64,000 bases of DNA from Patescibacteria group bacterium (lineage in GTDB: Bacteria; Patescibacteriota; Minisyncoccia; Minisyncoccales; Staskawiczbacteraceae). Shown piece by piece: positions 27,143 through 35,390 of this stretch. Position 1 is the first letter of the stretch. Every line of letters starts with the position of its first letter. The notes beneath the pieces are model-generated. The model saw only the letters and a program-made list of their open reading frames with translations. It was not told the DNA's origin and made no database searches. Location: assembly GCA_018829965.1 (NCBI GenBank), contig JAHJTG010000016.1:93537-157536 (forward strand), given 5' to 3'. The position numbers and the translations under genes were made by a program.

Positions 27143-28637
27143 TGTAAAGGCTAAGTTAAAACGTCATACCTGTCGGCAAAGTTAAAATGTCATACTTGCC
27201 TCAGGTCTTATCGTTCCACTGCCGATAAAATCGGCTGTTTTTTATTGATTAAAAATTGCTTTCGCCAAGGATGATTGGCTGGTGGCGTCCAACTAGCTTG
27301 TTTTCTGCTTGTAAGAGCCGCTAACTTTATATCCATCTCCTTCTTCGGCCTTTCTGGCAAACAGAAGTAATTTAAACAATGATTTCTCAGAGAAATTTTA
27401 ATCTCGCCGCTTAAATGTTCTTCAATCGTTATTTTCTCTTTCTTGTAAACCGTGGTCGGTTGGGTTTCCTCTAATTGGTAATAATTACCTTTAAACCGAA
27501 TCGTGTAATCATTATTAATTTTTCTTTCTGACTGGACTGATAATATTTTGTCCAATTCTTTCATTTTTTCTGCATCTAATATTTGATGCAGATCGCTTTT
27601 CTTTTTTGGCAACACCGCAAACTGTTTGCTGAATTTAGGAATGAATATTTCCTTTAAAAATTTGCTGGCATCGGCGATGGTGTTAATATTGCTAAGTCTT
27701 AATTCTTTCACTAACCGTCTCTGAAGCGTGTTGTTCATTTTTTCCACTCGGCCATTGGCCTGTGGGCTATTGGCGCTGATTACTCTAACGCCTAACTGAT
27801 TCATTGCTCGTTGAAACTGTGTCATTAACTCCTTATTATCAACTGCATTTTTATGATTAACCTTATAGGTGCTGAATTTGTCTAAATAGATTGATATTGG
27901 CAGGCCGTTGGCTACAAAATATTCTTTCCAGAACCTGAATACCGCCCCTACGCTTTCATTGCTCTCAAATATGGCTCCAGTGAGCTTGCCGGTGGCGTCA
28001 TCCACCGATAGAAGCAAACATTGTTCAAGCCCTAACTCTTTTTCATTCCTACCCTCAAACCAATTATGATAAGAGCCGTCAAATTGCTGCATTTCGCCAT
28101 AGTTGTCTTTTCTTTCTCGCCAAAAATGTTTTTTAGTAATACCCTTTTTCCGCGGTTTCCATAACTGCTCGCTAATCATTAATTTCCTGACAGTTTCTTT
28201 ACTCAATTTCACTTTGTTTATTTCAAATAGTTTTTCCTGAGCCAAGAGAGGATTAAAATCGTGATAATCTTTGTGTAAATATTTCTTGGCTTTTGCTAAA
28301 ATTACTGGGCATGTTTTGTTATGACTAACTTTCCCCCTGTTGCCATGAATAATTCCCTTAATACCTAAACATTTAACAACTGCCTTTATTCTTTTGATTT
28401 GCCTCACTGAGCGAGACAGTAATTTAGCAGCTTCTGCGCCATCTATCTTTTTAGATAGCAGTTCCTTAATAATTTCGTAACGATTAACTTCTTTTTGAGT
28501 CATAGTTATTAGCTGATTTTGATTCATAATTTAGTCTAAATTAATTATTAATAATTTAGATAAATTATTACACAAAACTTGTTAACTATGACATTTTAAC
28601 TTTGCCCGTACTATGACATTATCACTTGGGCGGGACA
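27143..28637 (-). mobile_element. Insertion sequence, ISNCY/IS1202-type
   Basis: TGT...ACA ends, each with two AAGTTAAAATGTCATA-like boxes; flanks CATTT and CCTTT. Confidence 0.88.
27208..28527 (-). CDS. ISNCY/IS1202-family DDE transposase
   Basis: N-terminal HTH, QFDGSYHNWFE, DDAT, YLDK and SPQANGRVEK motifs. Confidence 0.92.
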   Translation of the reverse strand: MNQNQLITMTQKEVNRYEIIKELLSKKIDGAEAAKLLSRSVRQIKRIKAVVKCLGIKGIIHGNRGKVSHNKTCPVILAKAKKYLHKDYHDFNPLLAQEKLFEINKVKLSKETVRKLMISEQLWKPRKKGITKKHFWRERKDNYGEMQQFDGSYHNWFEGRNEKELGLEQCLLLSVDDATGKLTGAIFESNESVGAVFRFWKEYFVANGLPISIYLDKFSTYKVNHKNAVDNKELMTQFQRAMNQLGVRVISANSPQANGRVEKMNNTLQRRLVKELRLSNINTIADASKFLKEIFIPKFSKQFAVLPKKKSDLHQILDAEKMKELDKILSVQSERKINNDYTIRFKGNYYQLEETQPTTVYKKEKITIEEHLSGEIKISLRNHCLNYFCLPERPKKEMDIKLAALTSRKQASWTPPANHPWRKQFLINKKQPILSAVER

Positions 28638-28895
28638 CCTTTCTTCTGCTGTAGCTTTTGATAATTGCCCAGTTCTAATGCAAGTTGGACAGCGTTGGGT
28701 TGCGTGAAAAAGGAATACTTCAACTTTTTCAGGGCTTGTGAATGATTGCATCGTTTGACTTGAGAACGTATTGTTTTGACTGTTTTGATTGTCTTGAACT
28801 ATTCCAGGCAATCTAGGCGAACCCGAACTGGCAATCACTAAAATTAAAATAATTCCCAATCCGATTACAAACCCGACGATGATTTTTTTGTTCAT
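28638..28895 (-). pseudogene. Thioredoxin-like (ArsF-type) exported protein truncated by the IS
   Basis: Transmembrane anchor and FHATQRCPTC motif; the frame runs into the IS end at 28637. Confidence 0.75.
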
Positions 28896-28900
28896 AGCTT

Positions 28901-29875
28901 TTATTTCACAAATAAATTAAAAAGATATCCAATGATAATAATATTTATGGCGGTCACGCCAAAAAAATAAACCAGTAGCTTTATTTTCATTACTCGTTTT
29001 AGTATTAAGGCCTCTGGCAAAGATAGACCCACCACAGCCATCATAAAAGCCAAAGCAGTACCGATGGGAATACCTTTTTCAACTAGCGACTGCATAATTG
29101 GAATAACTCCTACGACATTAGCATACATAGGCACGGCAACAATTGTGGCTATTGGCACGGCAAACAAATTTTCAACTGTAATATATTTTTCAAAAAACCC
29201 AGCAGGAATATAGCCATGGATTAAAGCGCCCACAGCTATTCCCAAAAGAACATAAGGTGTAATTTTCTTGGTTAATGAAAAACCCTCTTGCCAAAAAATT
29301 TTAACAAGCTTTCTAAGAGACTCCTTTTTATTTACAGCTTTACTCTTTTTACTTCTAATCTGCCAGACATAATCAGCTACTTGTTTTTCCAGATTTAATT
29401 TACCCAAAATAAATCCGCCGGTTACCCCCAAAATCATAGCTGAAATAACATATAAAATTGTTATTTTCCAACCGAATAGCCCTGCGAATAAAACAACTGC
29501 CACCTGATTAACAAGGGGCGAAGTGATCAAAAAAGATAAGGTTACGCCAAGCGGAATCCCGGCCTCCAAAAATCCTATAAACAAAGGAATTGAGGAACAA
29601 GAACAAAAAGGAGTAATTGTGCCAAAAATAGAAGATAGCAGATAATCTAAACCATACCATTTTCTGGAGGCCAAAAAATCCCGCAGTTTTTCCACTGACA
29701 GATAATATCTAATTATGGCCATAAAATAATTTATGACCAAAAGTAGAAAGATAATTTTTAAAGAGTCATATATAAAAAAATTCAGTGACGTGCCTAAGTG
29801 CGACACTTTTCCAAGATTAAAAATTCCGTAAACTAACCAATCAGATAATAATTGCAAGGGATAAAATATGTCCAT
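28901..29875 (-). CDS. ArsP/DUF318-family permease
   Basis: TPFCSCSSIP and GLSLPE motifs with multiple transmembrane segments. Confidence 0.9.
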   Translation of the reverse strand: MDIFYPLQLLSDWLVYGIFNLGKVSHLGTSLNFFIYDSLKIIFLLLVINYFMAIIRYYLSVEKLRDFLASRKWYGLDYLLSSIFGTITPFCSCSSIPLFIGFLEAGIPLGVTLSFLITSPLVNQVAVVLFAGLFGWKITILYVISAMILGVTGGFILGKLNLEKQVADYVWQIRSKKSKAVNKKESLRKLVKIFWQEGFSLTKKITPYVLLGIAVGALIHGYIPAGFFEKYITVENLFAVPIATIVAVPMYANVVGVIPIMQSLVEKGIPIGTALAFMMAVVGLSLPEALILKRVMKIKLLVYFFGVTAINIIIIGYLFNLFVK

Positions 29876-29876
29876 A

Positions 29877-30131
29877 TTATTTTATAATTTCTTTTATGGT
29901 TTCTTTTATTTTTTTTATGTCAGGCGATAAGCCAGCTATTACTGGTTTTCCGCCTATTGCCAAAACGGGGCTGGATATTACGCCCATTTCCACAATTTTT
30001 TGAATATCAGTAATATATTCAACCTCTATTCTCAAATTAAGTTCGTTGACGGCCTGTTTGGTTAATTCAAACAATTTTTTACATGTTGAACAACCCGAAC
30101 CAAGAACTTGTATTTTAATTTCTTTATTCAT
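29877..30131 (-). CDS. Small redox-active disulfide protein (MTH895/TM0996-like)
   Basis: IQVLGSGCSTCKKL and GVISSPVLAI motifs. Confidence 0.9.
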   Translation of the reverse strand: MNKEIKIQVLGSGCSTCKKLFELTKQAVNELNLRIEVEYITDIQKIVEMGVISSPVLAIGGKPVIAGLSPDIKKIKETIKEIIK

Positions 30132-30135
30132 ATTA

Positions 30136-30438
30136 TTATAAAAATTTATTCAATAATTTTAGATATTTTTTAATGATAATTTTGTTTAATTTATAAAAAA
30201 CTTTCAAACCGTCTTTTCTTGAAGATATTAAACTAAAACCCTTTAGAACTTTTAGGTGGTGCGATGTTAAATTTTGTGGGGAATCTAAGTATTGCCAAAT
30301 CTCACAAACACACATTTCTTGTTCTTTCAGAATACATAAAATCCTCAGACGATTTTCTTCTGAGATAACTTTCAGAAAATCAACTATGCCCTTTAATTCG
30401 CTCCCCACTTTTTTATTTTTGCAACATTTTATCTTCAT
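30136..30438 (-). CDS. ArsR/SmtB-family regulator
   Basis: RLRIL, EMCVCEI and SHHLKVL motifs. Confidence 0.92.
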   Translation of the reverse strand: MKIKCCKNKKVGSELKGIVDFLKVISEENRLRILCILKEQEMCVCEIWQYLDSPQNLTSHHLKVLKGFSLISSRKDGLKVFYKLNKIIIKKYLKLLNKFL

Positions 30439-30448
30439 AAATTAAAAC

Positions 30449-30470
30449 AATATCAATATGTATTGATATT
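30449..30470. promoter_or_regulatory. Putative ArsR operator
   Basis: Perfect 10-2-10 inverted repeat aatatcaata-tg-tattgatatt just upstream of the ArsR gene. Confidence 0.65.
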
Positions 30471-30670
30471 ATATCAAGCGATTATTTATAATTCAAGCTA
30501 TACAAATAAAAAATCGCCTAAAAGGCGACTTTTTACCAAATACCCACGACGGGATTTGAATTAAAAATAATCGGGAAAAGTTCTGAAATACTTTTACCCC
30601 TCTAAAATATGCCTGTTTTCAGAACCGTCAAAATAAGTTTAAAACAGGCGATTTTCGTCTACTTATTCCG

Positions 30671-30727
30671 TCGTGCGCGGGCGACGGGCCTCCTTTGCTA
30701 AAGCTACGGACGGCCAAAGGATTTGAA
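30671..30727 (-). other. Duplicated tRNA-Asp 3' end (att-like), interrupted by a palindromic repeat
   Basis: tcgtgcgcgggcgacggg...atttgaa matches tcgtgcgcgggtgacgggatttgaa at 33613-33637. Confidence 0.8.
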
Positions 30728-30854
30728 TAACGGGTTCATTCACCCACCACAACAACACATAAAAATAAAATGCCCACGAGGGGCATTTATTTTTATGCGC
30801 CCGCGTGAGGATTTGAACCGGACGGGTCACTCAGAAAAAAGTGCTACGCCATCA

Positions 30855-31445
30855 CTATACAATAATTCCCAATCTTAAAAGTTTTTGGAAATGGTTAGGA
30901 TTATTTATTCTTAAATATTCGACTACTTTACCTCTGACAACAGTGTCAGAATTTATATTATGTCGTTTTGCAAATTCAATAATAGACCTTGTTGCCTCTT
31001 CCATTTCTAATTCTTTATTCGTCATATATTCTATTTCTGTAATAGTATAACCAAAATCCATAAAATCTAAATCGATGTTAAACTTTGACTTTTTATATTT
31101 TCTTCTCGTAGTAGTTATTGCGCAGAAAGGGTTAAATTCATTTTTTACTAAAAAATCGGCGAGTGATCCATCGATATTAGCTTTAAAATAATTTAATATA
31201 TCTTTATCATTTTCTATCTCTTTGTACTGATCTGATACTCTATCTTCAATACACACATTCATTGGAATTTTTAACTCAAACCTATTATCTCTACTACGAA
31301 GCCAAATATCTTTACTTGTTAAAGAATAATTTGAGTCGTCATAATATATATCAGTAAATTTTTTCCCACCTAAAAATTCTGCGCCATCAATAAGAGCTTT
31401 CTCTTGTTCGTTAGTTAAAATAAATTTCTTTTCTACCTCAATCAT
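30855..31445 (-). CDS. CYTH (triphosphate tunnel metalloenzyme) domain protein
   Basis: EVEKKF (ExExK), DIYYD, WLRSR and EIE motifs. Confidence 0.88.
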   Translation of the reverse strand: MIEVEKKFILTNEQEKALIDGAEFLGGKKFTDIYYDDSNYSLTSKDIWLRSRDNRFELKIPMNVCIEDRVSDQYKEIENDKDILNYFKANIDGSLADFLVKNEFNPFCAITTTRRKYKKSKFNIDLDFMDFGYTITEIEYMTNKELEMEEATRSIIEFAKRHNINSDTVVRGKVVEYLRINNPNHFQKLLRLGIIV

Positions 31446-32212
31446 AAACTTAATTTAGTAATAATAGCTGAATGATCGCTTAATCTCTCTTTCCTTGGAT
31501 TATGTAAATAATAACACTCTTTAATAGACGGCAAAAGGTCTTTTGATACAAAACAGTAGTCATATCTATAACCATCTCCTGTGCGACCAACCCAGCTGTA
31601 ATCTTGTTTTTTGGGATTTAAATGACGAAAAGAATCGAAAAGTCCATAACTTATCAGAGAATTATAAAAACCATACTCCCAATTTTCAAAAAAAGGATAA
31701 TGAGGAGTATGGTTAGGTTCTAAAATATTAAAATCTCCACAAAAAATTCTATTAGAATTATTATTATATAATTGAAATGATTTTCTAAGATTTTCAATAA
31801 ATTGTTTTTTTCTTTGGACTTTATCAAAACTTTTATCTCGCGATGGAATATATGCACCTATAATTTCTACAAACTTATTACTTAAAAATACTTTTACTGA
31901 AACTATCCTAGGCTTAAGATTATCATTTAAATTATAAAAGCCTATCGGCTCTAACTGATGCTTACTTATTACCATTGAACCATATTCTTTTCCATCTGGT
32001 TTTGTAAAAATTACACTATAATTATTTTTTTTAAAATATTCTTCAATAAATGCACACCCTTTACTGTTTTTTGTTTCGGTTAATACAAAAATATCCTCAT
32101 TTCTCTTAGATAACCAATCGACTTGCCTACTCGCCCGTTCAATAGACGGATTTGCTATGTTCCAACAAAATATCGAAAAATTATTTTTTAGATCTTTTTT
32201 CTGCTTAATCAT
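31442..32212 (-). CDS. Endonuclease/exonuclease/phosphatase (ExoIII-like) protein
   Basis: WNI, LTETK, GDFN, YRYDY and LSDH motifs. Confidence 0.9.
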   Translation of the reverse strand: MIKQKKDLKNNFSIFCWNIANPSIERASRQVDWLSKRNEDIFVLTETKNSKGCAFIEEYFKKNNYSVIFTKPDGKEYGSMVISKHQLEPIGFYNLNDNLKPRIVSVKVFLSNKFVEIIGAYIPSRDKSFDKVQRKKQFIENLRKSFQLYNNNSNRIFCGDFNILEPNHTPHYPFFENWEYGFYNSLISYGLFDSFRHLNPKKQDYSWVGRTGDGYRYDYCFVSKDLLPSIKECYYLHNPRKERLSDHSAIITKLSL

Positions 32213-32275
32213 TAATACAGTATAACAAAAAAAATCCTTATCGAGAACAAACTCTCAATAAGGATTATAATAAAA

Positions 32276-33370
32276 TTAACCATTTTTATCCTCCGATAAT
32301 AGATCTACTATAGGACAAACTTCTTTGTCCATTCCACCCAACTTATTGCCAGATGCAATAATAGCAGCAGGACAACCCTTTCCGCAAACTGACCTAAGGT
32401 GGCATTTCTGACATTCAGGATTATTCCCTGATTGGCACAACTCTTGAAAATTGTATTTGTCGAGCTTTTTACTAATGTCGGCGTCCTTAAAAATATTTCC
32501 AATGATGAACTCGCTTGATTTATGCTTACTTTGAGGAGTTCTCGCAGCAAATATAAGATACGGGCAAATCGTGACTTCGCCATGCGTAAATACATAAATA
32601 ATATTTCCCGCTTCGCACGAAGAAAGTGGGAGCTTTTGTTCATTTGGAAATCTAACATCTACAACTTCTATCCTATCTCTAAACGGTTGTATAGCTTCTT
32701 TAATTTTTCTCATCATTTCATCTGGAGATCCCAACTCACCAATAGACGCAACCCCTCTTCCCATTCGAGATAGAGGGTTCATAAGCACATAAGATGCATG
32801 ATTCTGGATAGCAAATTCGCATATCTCTGCATATTCGTTTATGTCGGCCAATGTGTTAGGAGTGACTAAAATTCCCCGCAGAAGACGGTTATCTCCCAGT
32901 AACCTAATCCCAGATATTGTTTTTAAAAAGGATTCTTCATTTCCACGAAACTTTCCGTGGCTTTCTGGCTTAAATCCATCTAAACTGACATTAACATGAA
33001 CATCGCCGATATTCGTTAGTGACTCAATTTGCTCCGGTTTTATCACAGAAGCATTTGAGCAAATACCGACTTGAATATTGCTTGCTTTAAATAGCAAAAC
33101 TATATCCAAAATATCTGGATGTAAAAACGGTTCTCCTCCAGTTAAGGTAATACTGACCACTCTGCATTCTCTTAACCGTGGTATTACCATTTTACGAATA
33201 TTATCAATCGACACATAATTACCCTTGGGACCCGCCGAAAGAAAACAATGAGCACAATTCAAATTACATCGTTCTGTAATTTGCAATAATGCCTTACGTT
33301 CTGGTGGCGTAACTGATGACCTAAAATAGCAAGACGATGCCATATTTCTATTAGCAAGTGCTTTCTTCAT
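32276..33370 (-). CDS. Radical SAM protein with a SPASM-like domain
   Basis: CNLNCAHC, TGGEP, and C-terminal CEAG...CPY...CQKC...CGKGCPA...C. Confidence 0.92.
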   Translation of the reverse strand: MKKALANRNMASSCYFRSSVTPPERKALLQITERCNLNCAHCFLSAGPKGNYVSIDNIRKMVIPRLRECRVVSITLTGGEPFLHPDILDIVLLFKASNIQVGICSNASVIKPEQIESLTNIGDVHVNVSLDGFKPESHGKFRGNEESFLKTISGIRLLGDNRLLRGILVTPNTLADINEYAEICEFAIQNHASYVLMNPLSRMGRGVASIGELGSPDEMMRKIKEAIQPFRDRIEVVDVRFPNEQKLPLSSCEAGNIIYVFTHGEVTICPYLIFAARTPQSKHKSSEFIIGNIFKDADISKKLDKYNFQELCQSGNNPECQKCHLRSVCGKGCPAAIIASGNKLGGMDKEVCPIVDLLSEDKNG

Positions 33371-33617
33371 ATTCCACCTCTCTTTTATTTATTGTTTGAT
33401 TTTCAAAGCCGAAAAACATTTTCGGCGAACTATTATCAGTCTACAACTTTTATGCCAATCCGTCAAATTTTTGGCGAACAAAAAATCCGCCTATTTATCG
33501 GATTTTTTCATTATTTTATCCTATTTTTTCAAATCCCTTCGGGGTCACGGCGACGGGATGTGAACTTTCTCCTATTTTTGTGAGGCCTTCGGGTCTCTCG
33601 ATACTAAAAGCTTCGTG

Positions 33618-33692
33618 CGCGGGTGACGGGATTTGAACCCGTGATCTGATCCGTGACAGGGATCCGAGGACTCCAGACTCCTCCACACCCGC
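33618..33692 (-). tRNA. tRNA-Asp(GTC)
   Basis: Cloverleaf with acceptor GCGGGTG/CACCCGC, anticodon arm GATCC-CTGTCAC-GGATC and T loop TTCAAAT; CCA is not encoded. Confidence 0.95.
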
Positions 33693-33759
33693 AGGACTAA
33701 ATATAAAAATAATTAAAGTTTTCGTTTTTTGTTTTAAAAATTGGCATTTTTAATTTCTG

Positions 33760-33831
33760 TGCCGACGGCTGGAATCGGACCAGCGACCTTAGCCTTATGA
33801 AGACTCTGCTCTACCACTGAGCTACGCCGGC
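33760..33831 (-). tRNA. tRNA with CAT anticodon (elongator Met or Ile2)
   Basis: Acceptor GCCGGCG/CGTCGGC, D arm GCTC-AGTGGTA-GAGC and anticodon loop TTCATAA. Confidence 0.9.
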
Positions 33832-33835
33832 TTTT

Positions 33836-34519
33836 TTATACGACCCTTAACAAACCTTCTATCCAACCAATAATTTTTCTTCTTATTTTAACCCCTTTAT
33901 GCACAGAAACCCTTACAGTACCATAATGGTTATTATAATTTGAATAAATCTTTTTTGATTTTGTATTAATTAAAACTGTTTTTGTAAATTGGGAAGATGG
34001 AATTTTCGTTAATCTTGACCAATAACCCTCTATTTCTCTTATCCTGTTTTTATGAATTTTGTTTATTCTAATTTGTAACGCGAACCTATCCATAGATACT
34101 TCGCAAACTTCTTTAAACCATTTAAGCATATAAAGAACCATTTTAGGATCTGAATTAGAAAAACTTGTTTCCTCAGCATTCACAGATGTTGTCCCTTCAC
34201 TACAATACATCGCTATCCCACCAATTAATAAATCTCTATTACTTAGTTTCCCAATTTCCTTTAACCCTTCTTCTTTGAGTTTTATTGTCTCTTCTTTTCT
34301 TGCTTTTCTAACATTCTCTAAAAATTTCATCCGACCCTTATAACTACCTTCCATCATTTTTTCGTGTAATCTTTCAATTTGTTTATTTGTTAATTTAATG
34401 TTCCTACACCAACGACTAACTACGCTTTTAGAAACCCTTAATGCTTCCGAAATGTCCTTTATGCTCTCTCCTTTTTCCCTTAATTGAATTGCTTTATATT
34501 TCTCTTTAAATTTTGCCAT
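33836..34519 (-). CDS. HTH plus LAGLIDADG-like protein between tRNA genes
   Basis: N-terminal HTH (LREKGESIKDISEALRVSKSVVSRW), then AMYCSEG...FSNSDPKMV...YGTVRV. The nuclease-fold call is tentative. Confidence 0.65.
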   Translation of the reverse strand: MAKFKEKYKAIQLREKGESIKDISEALRVSKSVVSRWCRNIKLTNKQIERLHEKMMEGSYKGRMKFLENVRKARKEETIKLKEEGLKEIGKLSNRDLLIGGIAMYCSEGTTSVNAEETSFSNSDPKMVLYMLKWFKEVCEVSMDRFALQIRINKIHKNRIREIEGYWSRLTKIPSSQFTKTVLINTKSKKIYSNYNNHYGTVRVSVHKGVKIRRKIIGWIEGLLRVV

Positions 34520-34579
34520 AGAACCCACGTTTAATATTATTATTTAATTATAACGTGGGTTCTAAAATATTGCAATTTG

Positions 34580-34913
34580 TTGCGCTGCCTGGAATTGCAC
34601 CAGGGCCTTCAGCTTCTTTTTATACCTTTTATTTCTAAAAGGAATGGACTATACCATGTCGCCCGAGGCGACTTCCTATTATAGTCTCTGAACCTCCCGC
34701 CTTTATTTAAAGGACGGTTTGGATGCTGATTGCCAAATCTCTTTTCTTTTCAAACGTTCGCGTTTATCCTTACGGATTCCGCTGTCGTGAAAAAAGCTCT
34801 AATGGGTTTCCAGCAGTTTAAGGAATTTTTCCGCTGAGTGTTGCCACTCAGGGTCACACTTGGGCCTTTGGCCTTTATATGAGACTGACGAGGTACTACT
34901 CCTCCACAGCGCT
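34580..34913 (-). tRNA. Initiator-like tRNA-Met(CAT), exons 34879-34913 and 34580-34615, split by a group I intron
   Basis: The joined exons form a cloverleaf: AGCGCTG/CAGCGCA (1:72 mismatch), TCAGT-CTCAT|AA-GCTGA, CCTGG-TGCAATT-CCAGG. Confidence 0.9.
34616..34878 (-). ncRNA. Group I intron, 263 nt, after anticodon position 36
   Basis: P AAACTGCTGGAAA, Q AATCAGCATCC, R GTTCAGAGACTATA and S TGGTATAGTCC elements; terminal G; P1 pairing gtctcat/gtgtgac with U-G at the splice site. Confidence 0.92.
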
Positions 34914-35024
34914 ATTTAAATACTATCATAAAAGGAGATGTAATCAATAGCTCATATTTCAGCCGATATAGGTAAAACAAAAAAACACCCGCCCAAGGCA
35001 AGTGTTTTTCATACTGCAATCTAA

Positions 35025-35282
35025 CTAAGATAAATGTTTTGAAACTAATTTTGTCATTTCAAACATATTCACTACTTTCTTTCCGCCAAAAACTGCTTTC
35101 AAGTTTTCATCAGCGTTGATGTTCCTTCTATTTTTGCTATCCTGTAAGTTGTTTTTCTTTATATACATCCAAAGTTTCTTTACAACCTGGGGACGGGACA
35201 TAGGACCCTTGCCTACTACTGCTTCTAAATCAGCAGTGAGCTTTAACGGCTTCATAAAAGCCGAATTTGCTTTTCCTGGCAT
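35025..35282 (-). CDS. SWIB/MDM2 domain protein
   Basis: RPQVVKKLWMYIKKNNLQD...INADENL...MFEMTKLVSKHL. Confidence 0.92.
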   Translation of the reverse strand: MPGKANSAFMKPLKLTADLEAVVGKGPMSRPQVVKKLWMYIKKNNLQDSKNRRNINADENLKAVFGGKKVVNMFEMTKLVSKHLS

Positions 35283-35390
35283 ATTTTTTTTATTCGACTT
35301 AACCCAGTATTAACCGTAAGCTATGTCGAAAGTTAATTATAATTATTGTATCTAATATAATACTACCATATATCCTAAATCAAGACAACC

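Noticed and set aside
33371..33600. RiPP precursor peptide for the SPASM enzyme
   Set aside because: No convincing short ORF on the same strand; the plus-strand ORF 33392-33583 looks spurious.
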